This document shows positions 1 through 11,100 of a DNA stretch of 64,000 bases, piece by piece; position 1 is the first letter of the stretch, and each line of letters opens with the position of its first letter. The position numbers were made by a program, and so were the translations under genes. Below the pieces are notes generated by a model that was given only the letters and a program-made list of their open reading frames with translations, did no database searches and was not told the origin of the DNA. The stretch is from Lepidodermella squamata (lineage: Eukaryota; Animalia; Gastrotricha), in assembly GCA_047495785.1 (NCBI GenBank), contig JBLDXI010000034.1, positions 1,302,001-1,366,000 of the forward strand. The letters run 5' to 3'.

Positions 1-169
1 CACATATCAGGTTTCCCGATAAAATGAGACTAGTGTCTGCAAATCTTTTGTTTGCATTTTCCGCTTCGAAGAAATATTATGTAATATTTGAAATTATTGA
101 AAAATTCCTAAAAAAAATTCGAGATTGAATTATTTTCAAATTTTGAATTATCATTCCATTTTATTTTAG

Positions 170-298
170 CGCCGTTGACGGATTGCGGCCCTGTGCCCGA
201 AATCGACTGGGCGCGAACCCGGTGCGCGTCAGCTACGAGTGCGAGTCCGACTTCACGCTCGAAGGCTCGTCGACGATCATCTGCCAGGAGGGCAAGTG
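170..298 (+). pseudogene. Sushi/CCP-domain exon of a host gene, frameshifted and cut off by the Polinton terminus
   Basis: After a ttttag acceptor (168-169) the exon reads PLTDCGPVPEIDW, then in another frame VRVSYECESDFTLEGSSTIICQEGK-TG. This matches the CCP pattern C..P.I...Y.C...F.L.G....C..G.W. The Trp codon is broken at 298/299 by the element end, creating TGA. Confidence 0.6.
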
Positions 299-320
299 AG
301 TAGTAAGGATGGGAACTTTG

Positions 321-490
321 GATCAGTAATAGCAGTACGGCGATTTTTACTATAGCCGTTTGGTATAAATATACGCAATTTGCGATCAGTAATGGCAGTA
401 CGGCGATTTTTACTATACCCGTTTGGTATAAATATACGCAATTTGGGGATGAGTAATAGCAGTACGGCGATTTGTACTATAGCCGCTTCT
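321..490 (+). repeat. Subterminal tandem repeat, about 2.7 copies of a 63-64 bp unit
   Basis: Units start at 321, 384 and 448: GAT(C/G)AGTAAT(A/G)GCAGTACGGCGATTT(T/G)TACTATA(G/C)CCG(TTTGGTATAAATATACGCAATTTG). Confidence 0.95.
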
Positions 491-751
491 TGTCAATATA
501 CCTTCGTTTTAACCCACTGCTATGATTTCACCTAACTAAAATAAACAAATCTTCGTTTTTTCACCTGTTATGAGCTAAACTAATCATTTTTACACTGCTT
601 CTTTAGTGCAGCTGCAATAGAGCCCTTTTTCATTCACACAAACACTTTTTATTAGTCTTAACGTTTCAAGCAATGAATTTATAGCTGGGATAAGTCTTAT
701 CAGTTTTTCTATTCATTTGTTCAGAGATTTGTAGCGGCTTGATTGGAGGGG

Positions 752-1255
752 TTAACGTCCAGATGAACCGAATCCGTTATCGCCACGGGTCGAATTTGCT
801 GCTAGAGCGTTTTTCAATGGCCCCGTTACCGTTACTGCAGATTCTAAGCGACCATATTTTAAACACACCAACTGGGTAATACGGTCGCCTATTTTAATCT
901 TGTAAGGTGTTTTGCTGTTGTTTGCAAGGCAGACTACGATTTTTCCGGTGTAGTCGGCGTCTTTAATTCATGAAAAATACAGATATTCATTAGTAATTTT
1001 CATTATTATTTGCTTCTTACCTATTACTCCAGCGACCGTATCGATTCCATGGTTGATGCTCATTCCTGATCGACTGAATAGTTGTCCATAATATCCTCGT
1101 GGTAAACAGATTTTAATATCAGTTTGAATCAGTCCCCTGGTTCCAGGTTGCAGTGTCGTCTCTTCTGCTGAATAGATGTCCCAACCCACAGAGCCTTTAG
1201 TATGCTTTGTCGGTTCTTTAGCTTTGTTACTTGTTAGCTCTACCTTCAGCTTCAT
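752..1255 (-). CDS. dUTPase (2 exons; intron 961-1020)
   Basis: All five dUTPase motifs appear after splicing: GWDIYS, SRSG, GVI|DADYTGKI, GDRITQLV, RGDNGFGSSG. Confidence 0.93.
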
Positions 1256-1425
1256 ATTTTATAATTTATATTGTTACTGAGGTTCGATTTTTATGTGAGC
1301 GGCTACCTCCTTTCAGGCATATTGTTTTTGTAATTCAATCTTCCTTAAAAATGCATTAGGGCCTTTAGCTCTGTTGACCCCTCAGTGCTGGCTTTAATGC
1401 TTTTCATCAAAGATTCTTGGTATTG

Positions 1426-1503
1426 TATACATCCTCCTTAATTGCTGTCGGTAATTCAATAAGAAAACATCATGTCAATAAATCTTATACATCCTCCCTA
1501 ATT
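1426..1503. promoter_or_regulatory. Direct repeat TATACATCCTCC(T/C)TAATT x2 in the divergent dUTPase/dNK intergenic region
   Basis: 18-bp near-perfect copies at 1426-1443 and 1486-1503. The regulatory role is inferred from position only. Confidence 0.4.
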
Positions 1504-1689
1504 AAACAATGCGATTTTTTACTTATCAAAATAAAAAGCAATTAGGATTTTTTACCCTTTACGGTGTAATTACCTTAAACAATTCAAACAAAACATCTCC
1601 CTGTTTTTTCCTTTTATGGAAATATCACTCAGACTATTTAAGAGAGATGCTTCAAGAATACACTTAGCATATTTCTTGAAGCAAGCTGG

Positions 1690-2454
1690 ATGCATCCTAA
1701 AGTCTACCATTTCGGCATAGTCGGCAACATTGGGGCGTAAGTCTCATATACTCCACCGAATAGAATTCTATTTAAAGTCTCTTGTTTTAGCGGGAAATCA
1801 ACCTTAATCGAGGGTCTCACTAATCTACCTTCACTCAACCGTAAACTTCAGGGATATACCGCGTGGCCAATTTGCGAGCCTGTTCATCGTTGGGAGTCCT
1901 TTACTGATGACGATAAAACTAACATTTTGAAAGATTACTATCAGATGAAAAATGCGTTCAACTTTCAAATTGTAGCCACGAGTGATATGTGCGGCCTTTA
2001 TTCAGCCCCTAACCACAAACCTGAAATCTACGGGGCGCATACTATCGTTCTGCATGATCGAACGCCCTTCTGTTCTAAAAACGTCTTTATCCCATGTGCG
2101 TATGCATCCAAGCGCATAAATTCTATCGAATATCACGCTCTCATGAATTTGTATGATAATTTCGAGCCGAATTTTGTAAAAACTGAAGCTATTATTTACT
2201 TGCGCTCCTCTCCCCAAATAGCTTGTCAAAGAGCCGTAGCTAGAGCTCGGGGTTCTGAAATGCTATTATCACTGGATTATTTACGCCTCGTACATGAGTT
2301 TCATGAAAAAATGTGTACTGTTGAGACTACAAACAAATCCCTACCATGTCCCGTGCTTGTTATCGACACTGATAATTTGAATGCCTCTGAGGTTCTAAAG
2401 CAAGCTTCTCAGTATGTTGCCTCTCTTATCACGCCTGTAATCTCTCAGACTTGA
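1690..2454 (+). CDS. Deoxynucleoside kinase (dNK family; 2 exons, intron 1737-1790)
   Basis: Splicing restores the P-loop GNIGA|GKST. Also present: EPVHRW, HDRTP (ERS-like motif), IYLRSSP, lid RARGSE and YLRLVHEFHE. Confidence 0.9.
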
Positions 2455-2464
2455 ATCCTCATTG

Positions 2465-2827
2465 ATGGATCCAACAAGACTTGTGCTCTCGAACAGCCAG
2501 ATTTTAGACGCTGAATCTTTGCAATGTCCAATTTGTTTATCTATCCTACTTAATCCTATTCAAACGCGCCCCTGTGGCCATTTATTTTGTACTAAATGTG
2601 TTCTCGCTATTTTTCAAAATTCAGCTCGAACAGTATGTTGCTGTCCACTTTGCCGCGAATCATTAACAGGGAAAGATTTCGTTAAACCCCCTGTAATTTT
2701 ATCGAACATTATCTCGAATTTGATTTACAAATGCCAATATTCTGATAAAGGCTGTCCCATTACTCTAACTTATGACCTCATTTTTGGGCATGAAAAGTTA
2801 TGCCAATATAAAGAACCCATCCCTTAA
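2465..2827 (+). CDS. TRAF-type C3HC4 RING finger plus zinc finger protein (putative E3 ligase)
   Basis: CPIC...PCGHLFCTKC...CPLCR followed by CQYSDKGC...HEKLCQY. Confidence 0.88.
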   Translation: MDPTRLVLSNSQILDAESLQCPICLSILLNPIQTRPCGHLFCTKCVLAIFQNSARTVCCCPLCRESLTGKDFVKPPVILSNIISNLIYKCQYSDKGCPITLTYDLIFGHEKLCQYKEPIP

Positions 2828-2869
2828 AGTTTTACATTCTTATTTCATTAGATTTAATTTTCAATAATC

Positions 2870-3391
2870 ATGGCTGAGGCGATAGTAGAATCTGCTAACC
2901 AGACAGTCAATCATCACATGTCTAGTAACTTGGTCATTCAACAGCATCCTCAGGATTCTAATCTCATCTACATAATGACTGATCGCAAAGATAAGAACGA
3001 TAAGCCTAAAAAACTCGCCTTTAGACAAGACGAATTTCTTAGCCAGTTCGTTCCTTATTTTCGACCGCCGAATGATGCTTGGGTTGCTCAGGCTCAACTT
3101 GCCCTGCTATCTCACAACACAGGCTTTAAATTTTCGATGCATGAATGCAAAATTGAAGTCTGTGTCTTTGTGCCATCATTTTCACCGATTCTTATAGATA
3201 TACGCAGGTTTTATCTGGATGCTAAAGGTATTTACTTCAAATTTACAGTAATAGCAATCTTTTTATGATTTAACTTTTTAGGAAATAAACAACCCTCAAG
3301 ACAAGGAGTCTCTCTTGATGCAGCTCAGTTTCAAGACCTTGCAACTGGGGTGTTAACTGTTGCAGCGATGATTGAAACAGCCAATGAATAA
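2870..3391 (+). CDS. PC4/Sub1-like ssDNA-binding protein (2 exons; intron 3228-3281)
   Basis: The spliced product reads IDIRRFYLDAK|GNKQPSRQGVSLDAAQFQDL, matching the PC4 motif DIR.(F/Y)...G...P.K.G(I/V)SL...Q(W/F)..L. Confidence 0.8.
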
Positions 3392-3508
3392 GCTAACACA
3401 AAACTTGACTAAAATGACTTACTGAATATTTATTTCAATCTATCCTTGTAATAAAGTTTTACCTCTTCCCAAATTCGATCAATTTTAAATTTTTAATCTT
3501 AGATTGTT

Positions 3509-6500
3509 ATGGATAACTATAGTTTACAATACTCATTTATTCGAAGTAATCGCCTGATTCATTCTACAAAATTCAAAATGTTTTCTGTGGAGTACTTCAT
3601 TCAGCCCGTAACATCCGACTTTGCCTCAACCTACATCAACAGATATGGCCAATCTTCTAGTTCGCTTGGGCCGATGATTCAATTGTCTGGTGGCGCTGAT
3701 GAACCTCGACTGGATAATATTCGATCATTTGTGCAGAACGTACCAGCCGACCAGGTGGCTAATATTGATTTGGAGACCCGCTTCAATATTCTGGCCAACT
3801 TCCTGTTCGATATTGTTGTAAATATCCATCGTGATTTACCTGTGAATTCCTTCTGCCGGCTAACACTGTACCACCCCGACTTGAAGATGCCTCTTAGCCT
3901 ACCCTTCATGAAACGCGATCGGTTGCTGGAAATTTCAATTTTTGATCAACTGAGAAAAATATTACAGAGTAATGAAGAACTCTCATTTGCTGGTCGGTGG
4001 ACAATTCGTCTCTGTGTCATTGATAACCCCAATGCAGATCTAGGTCAAATTGTTGGTGGTTCTCGGGCAGAGCGGGCTATAAACGAAACTTTGGACAAAT
4101 TTTTTCTTCGCTCCAAATCGATCGTTAGAATCGGAGCGCGCAAGAATGAAACGAACAATCTTTGCATGGGCAGAGCTCTCATCACTGGAGTGGCTTTGGC
4201 TCACATGAAGGCGAATCCTACGGATCCATCTCTTCAAGCAACCTTCAAATCGATACGTAGTACGCGAACCAATCGTCAATTTCGCGAAGCCACGGCGCTA
4301 TATCAGAAAGCGGGCTTACCTCTCAACCTTCCAGCCTACAATCTAGATGATCATTACTCAGCCCTGTGTTCGGCTATCGATCCTGAACATAATACTTACA
4401 GATTCGTAGTATACTCGTACGAATCACAGGATGTTATTAGGGAAATCCCAGAATTTGATCATCGCGTAAGCCTTGGGTTGCTTCCTGTTGTTCTACTGGT
4501 TTATCGCAACGACGTCTCTCAGCCCAACAGTCATCATTTTCATGTCATTGCGAATCTCAACTTTATGAAGGCCACTCTTAGCAATGCACAACGAATATGC
4601 CCCACTTGCTTTCAGACGAAAACGAGTACGGCTGTGCACAGATGCAAGTTGGCATGCTCTTCCTGCCGTAATTTTTACATGAAAAACCTGAATTTCACTT
4701 CTTTTATCATTAATATTATTTTAGGTGTATCAGGGAGCATTTGCCGTGTGATTTCCAACACAGACCAACAAAACTACACGCGGTGTCCGCAATGTCGTGC
4801 AGGTCTGATGTTTTTAACCTTTTCATTATTATTCAGCTCTTTTTATGTTTTTAGTTTTGTATAGCGAACGTTGTAAGCAAAACCACAAATGTGCTAAAAA
4901 GAATCCATGCTTTAAATGCGGGAGGAAATTTGTACATTTTCTCAAGCATGAGGCTATGTGTCCCGGGCGGCGCTGTCACATTTGTCAGGAGCCTTTGAAA
5001 GCCAGCGACGAAGAAAATGGCACACACTTCTGCTTCATGACTCCCTTGGTATACTCATTTTTTTCAGTCCAGCTTTTTTCAAAATACTGTGGTTGGTGTA
5101 TTTTTAGCCCTTGAAACCGGCGAATAAACTGGAACGTTATCGTAACCTAGTTTTTTGGGACACTGAGACATTTTCGCCATCACTTGCTGATAACAACAAT
5201 GAGTTCCAAGTATGCCTTATCGTTGCAAAGGTCGTATGCATACCTCACTGCATCGAAGCGAGGATTCAGCGATGCCATTCTAGTTGTGGACTTCATATTT
5301 TTTATGGAAGTCGTCCTCTGGAGGATTTCGTAAACTGGGTGCTTCTACCTATGAATTACCAGTCGATTTATTTGGCTCACAACTCAGCCAATTTCGATTC
5401 CTTATTATTACTGAAAGAAATTCAAACACGATGTTCTAAAGTGAAGATTCTTCAAAGGCAGGGATCTCTACTATGCATTGATTTCAAACAACAAAAAATC
5501 AGATTTTTGGATTCATATCTCTTTTTTCAATGCAGATTAAGGTAGGTTACCTAAGAAACACTAAGAAACTACATTGCTTACAGGTATTTGTTCAACAACA
5601 GGGATTTACCAGCAACAATGGGAATCCCAGACAAGAAAACCTTCTTTCCTTACGTCTTATGCACTAAAGAAAAGTAAGTACATCATCAACTTCTTGAGCT
5701 ATTGTGATTGAATTCGCTGTAATCCTTCGAGTTTCAATCTCGAATTCCCACAGCTGCCTAATATGATCTACTATGAGCCTGACAAAATGTCTCCTTCTGA
5801 AAGAGCAGAATTTCTAACTTTCTACAACGAAAACAAACTGAAACGGTTCAGTGTTCGCCACACGTTACTGCAATACTGCATACAGGATTGTCTAGTTTTG
5901 GAAAAGGCGTCAATCAAATTTCGGGCGCTAATGCTGGAGTTGTGTTCTACTGATGCCTTTAAAGAATGCATCACACTAGCTTCTCTCACAAGCACATGCT
6001 TCCGCAAGCTGTTTCTTACGAAGGATACATTACCTGTCATCCCGACCGCTGGCTACTGTGGCAAGGATTCACACAGCAGGCTCTCGATAGCTTTTCTTCA
6101 ATTTCTGATGGAGTCTGACCCTGAAACTTATGGTTCAATGAAACACGCTCAGAACTCACGTCAAGAAGTTCGAATATCTATACCTGGCCACCGTTATCCT
6201 TATCGCGTCGACGGTTTTGTTGCACGTCGTGATAAAATTCCGAGTGAACCCGATCTGATTGTCGAGGTTCATGGTTGTGCTGTCCATGGCTGCTTGCAAT
6301 GCTTTGAGGCCTCACAACTAAATTTTCTATCTGGACAACCAAACGGCGTAGTTTACAAGCAAACCTTGGAACGTGAAGAGTTGTTTCGCTCGAATGGTTA
6401 CATTCTTCAAAGCTTTTGGGAGCATGAAATTAGAGCTAGTTTCAAACAACACCCGAGAGCACAGGAGATTTATGATAATCTCACAATAGCTAATGTAATG

Positions 6501-8190
6501 GAGAGCCGTTCGTTTTTCTTTGGAGGTAACTGGAGGTTTTCCCTATTTAATCTTCGCGGGATTAAAACATCATGCCTACTTTTTAGGGCGGGTCGAAGCT
6601 TTTCGTTTAATGGCTATGATTGCCGAATCACACTCAACTTCAGGCGACCAAAATTTGGAAAAGATTGCTCAAATTTGTAAGGAAAGCGGGATGCAAACCA
6701 AGGACTTCTTATTTCCATCGCCCGATTATTCTATAATTTCCGCCGACTTCAACTCGTTATATCCAAGCTGTATGATGGATGGCTACTATGCAATAGGACC
6801 ACCTAAAGTATCCACCTTGGATCTCAGATTAAACAACGAGAAACTGCAGGAGATTTATTCAAAGGAATCTTTTTTTGGTGTCGTACAAGCACGCGTAAGC
6901 TCTTCGCATCTACATATCGTCTCCCTGCTTTCATCATCACCACATTATTTTGCTAGGTATTAGCGCCGAAAAACATCTGGCTACCTGTACTCTGCTTTCG
7001 TAGTAAACAAAACAAGCTCGTGTTCTCATGTTGCTATGCTTGTTCGTCGACTGCAAATCCAAACTTGTGCGTTTCAAGCCGTGAATGCACCCATTCTGAT
7101 TATGAAAGGTCCTGGATTGGTTCGTATTGCTCTGTGGAACTGAAGTACGCTACAGATGTTCATGGCTACAGATTGCTGGAAGTCTACGAGGTTAATAATT
7201 TTGTTTAGCCAACTCATGCATGGCTTCTATCAAGTTATTTTTTTTAGATATGGGAGTTCAAGAAGAGCAATACAATTTTCAGAGATTTCATTAAAAGATT
7301 CACCATTTTGAAGGCCGAATCCTCCGGCTGGCCGCCAAACTGTGCTACTAGTGAACAAAAAGCACAGTATTTGGAGCAATGGGAACGCATTGGTATAACG
7401 ATTGATAGCACCAAGTTGGATAAAAAGAACCCTGGGTTACGCGCGATCGCCAAATTAGTTTTGAACAGCTTTTTTGGTCGATTTGCTATGAATTCTAATC
7501 TAGAGAGAACAGATTATATCAAATCCCCGTTTCTGCTTCAGCAAATGCTAAATAATCCAGCTTTGGAAATTGTGGATATTCAACCACTAGGCTTACTCAT
7601 CAACTCTGATGATGTCTCTCGCTTGCGAATTGTAACACGGCCAACCAAAGATGCCGACGTTCCAAATGGATCCACCTCAGTTATAACAGCGGCCTTCGTA
7701 ACAGCTAATGCTCGTGTGAAACTGGCTCGTGAGCTGTACCGAGTCGGCCCAAAAAGTGCTATCTACAGCGGTTAGAGAATAGCGCCGCTTATGCTACCAA
7801 CATCTCTACGTTTTTTGTCTTTTGTTTTAGACACGGATTCAATTTTTTGCCTTCAAGGGCCTGGAATTACTAAAATTGAGTTCACACCCGTTCTTGGCGG
7901 CTTGGCGGATCAGCTTGATACAGGGCAACGCATCATTGCAATGGTTGTACTGGGCTGTAAGGCATATGCCCTACTTTTTGCTGACGGCAAAGCCAAGCTA
8001 ATGTTAAAGGTAATTGCTACTTGTTGTTACGCCCTCTGTTTTTTATTATTTACGTCACGCGCAGGGAATACGTCAAAGTTTTCATTCACGCAGTCTTCTC
8101 GATTTTTTCTTGTTCATCAAGCATGTAATACAAAGTCTCCACGATAACGAAACCAGCGGAAGCGGGGGCCGGGGTGATAACAACAAGTAG
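3509..8190 (+). CDS. Protein-primed family B DNA polymerase (Polinton pPolB), 11 exons, C-terminally truncated
   Basis: Introns at 4668-4724, 4803-4854, 5049-5107, 5542-5601, 5674-5731, 6526-6586, 6895-6956, 7191-7247, 7771-7830 and 8010-8064. Splicing gives one frame with ExoI WDTET, ExoII AHNSANFD, ExoIII YCIQD, FFG|GRVE, motif A DFNSLYPS, motif B KLVLNSFFGRF, motif C YS|DTDS, KAY and K|G. The start may be 3509 or 3578. Confidence 0.93.
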
Positions 8191-11100
8191 CAATTACCTT
8201 TAACATTAGCTTGGCTTTGCCGTCAGCAAAAAGTAGGGCATATGCCTTACAGCCCAGTACAACCATTGCAATGATGCGTTGCCCTGTATCAAGCTGATCC
8301 GCCAAGCCGCCAAGAACGGGTGTGAACTCAATTTTAGTAATTCCAGGCCCTTGAAGGCAAAAAATTGAATCCGTGTCTAAAACAAAAGACAAAAAACGTA
8401 GAGATGTTGGTAGCATAAGCGGCGCTATTCTCTAACCGCTGTAGATAGCACTTTTTGGGCCGACTCGGTACAGCTCACGAGCCAGTTTCACACGAGCATT
8501 AGCTGTTACGAAGGCCGCTGTTATAACTGAGGTGGATCCATTTGGAACGTCGGCATCTTTGGTTGGCCGTGTTACAATTCGCAAGCGAGAGACATCATCA
8601 GAGTTGATGAGTAAGCCTAGTGGTTGAATATCCACAATTTCCAAAGCTGGATTATTTAGCATTTGCTGAAGCAGAAACGGGGATTTGATATAATCTGTTC
8701 TCTCTAGATTAGAATTCATAGCAAATCGACCAAAAAAGCTGTTCAAAACTAATTTGGCGATCGCGCGTAACCCAGGGTTCTTTTTATCCAACTTGGTGCT
8801 ATCAATCGTTATACCAATGCGTTCCCATTGCTCCAAATACTGTGCTTTTTGTTCACTAGTAGCACAGTTTGGCGGCCAGCCGGAGGATTCGGCCTTCAAA
8901 ATGGTGAATCTTTTAATGAAATCTCTGAAAATTGTATTGCTCTTCTTGAACTCCCATATCTAAAAAAAATAACTTGATAGAAGCCATGCATGAGTTGGCT
9001 AAACAAAATTATTAACCTCGTAGACTTCCAGCAATCTGTAGCCATGAACATCTGTAGCGTACTTCAGTTCCACAGAGCAATACGAACCAATCCAGGACCT
9101 TTCATAATCAGAATGGGTGCATTCACGGCTTGAAACGCACAAGTTTGGATTTGCAGTCGACGAACAAGCATAGCAACATGAGAACACGAGCTTGTTTTGT
9201 TTACTACGAAAGCAGAGTACAGGTAGCCAGATGTTTTTCGGCGCTAATACCTAGCAAAATAATGTGGTGATGATGAAAGCAGGGAGACGATATGTAGATG
9301 CGAAGAGCTTACGCGTGCTTGTACGACACCAAAAAAAGATTCCTTTGAATAAATCTCCTGCAGTTTCTCGTTGTTTAATCTGAGATCCAAGGTGGATACT
9401 TTAGGTGGTCCTATTGCATAGTAGCCATCCATCATACAGCTTGGATATAACGAGTTGAAGTCGGCGGAAATTATAGAATAATCGGGCGATGGAAATAAGA
9501 AGTCCTTGGTTTGCATCCCGCTTTCCTTACAAATTTGAGCAATCTTTTCCAAATTTTGGTCGCCTGAAGTTGAGTGTGATTCGGCAATCATAGCCATTAA
9601 ACGAAAAGCTTCGACCCGCCCTAAAAAGTAGGCATGATGTTTTAATCCCGCGAAGATTAAATAGGGAAAACCTCCAGTTACCTCCAAAGAAAAACGAACG
9701 GCTCTCCATTACATTAGCTATTGTGAGATTATCATAAATCTCCTGTGCTCTCGGGTGTTGTTTGAAACTAGCTCTAATTTCATGCTCCCAAAAGCTTTGA
9801 AGAATGTAACCATTCGAGCGAAACAACTCTTCACGTTCCAAGGTTTGCTTGTAAACTACGCCGTTTGGTTGTCCAGATAGAAAATTTAGTTGTGAGGCCT
9901 CAAAGCATTGCAAGCAGCCATGGACAGCACAACCATGAACCTCGACAATCAGATCGGGTTCACTCGGAATTTTATCACGACGTGCAACAAAACCGTCGAC
10001 GCGATAAGGATAACGGTGGCCAGGTATAGATATTCGAACTTCTTGACGTGAGTTCTGAGCGTGTTTCATTGAACCATAAGTTTCAGGGTCAGACTCCATC
10101 AGAAATTGAAGAAAAGCTATCGAGAGCCTGCTGTGTGAATCCTTGCCACAGTAGCCAGCGGTCGGGATGACAGGTAATGTATCCTTCGTAAGAAACAGCT
10201 TGCGGAAGCATGTGCTTGTGAGAGAAGCTAGTGTGATGCATTCTTTAAAGGCATCAGTAGAACACAACTCCAGCATTAGCGCCCGAAATTTGATTGACGC
10301 CTTTTCCAAAACTAGACAATCCTGTATGCAGTATTGCAGTAACGTGTGGCGAACACTGAACCGTTTCAGTTTGTTTTCGTTGTAGAAAGTTAGAAATTCT
10401 GCTCTTTCAGAAGGAGACATTTTGTCAGGCTCATAGTAGATCATATTAGGCAGCTGTGGGAATTCGAGATTGAAACTCGAAGGATTACAGCGAATTCAAT
10501 CACAATAGCTCAAGAAGTTGATGATGTACTTACTTTTCTTTAGTGCATAAGACGTAAGGAAAGAAGGTTTTCTTGTCTGGGATTCCCATTGTTGCTGGTA
10601 AATCCCTGTTGTTGAACAAATACCTGTAAGCAATGTAGTTTCTTAGTGTTTCTTAGGTAACCTACCTTAATCTGCATTGAAAAAAGAGATATGAATCCAA
10701 AAATCTGATTTTTTGTTGTTTGAAATCAATGCATAGTAGAGATCCCTGCCTTTGAAGAATCTTCACTTTAGAACATCGTGTTTGAATTTCTTTCAGTAAT
10801 AATAAGGAATCGAAATTGGCTGAGTTGTGAGCCAAATAAATCGACTGGTAATTCATAGGTAGAAGCACCCAGTTTACGAAATCCTCCAGAGGACGACTTC
10901 CATAAAAAATATGAAGTCCACAACTAGAATGGCATCGCTGAATCCTCGCTTCGATGCAGTGAGGTATGCATACGACCTTTGCAACGATAAGGCATACTTG
11001 GAACTCATTGTTGTTATCAGCAAGTGATGGCGAAAATGTCTCAGTGTCCCAAAAAACTAGGTTACGATAACGTTCCAGTTTATTCGCCGGTTTCAAGGGC

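Larger units (their letters stand above)
296..8029 (+). repeat. Left arm of giant inverted repeat (7734 bp)
   Basis: Reverse complement of 8178-15911. Every internal ORF in the track has an identical mirrored partner (coordinates sum to 16207), and spot checks at both ends and at the junction match base for base. Confidence 0.97.

Noticed and set aside
321-490. CRISPR-like array
   Set aside because: The units are contiguous tandem repeats with no unique spacers, lie in a eukaryotic transposon terminus, and have no cas genes nearby.
4668-8064. pPolB as a frameshift-riddled pseudogene or as many small separate genes
   Set aside because: Every break coincides with a 52-62 bp GT-AG intron whose removal restores the frame and conserved motifs.
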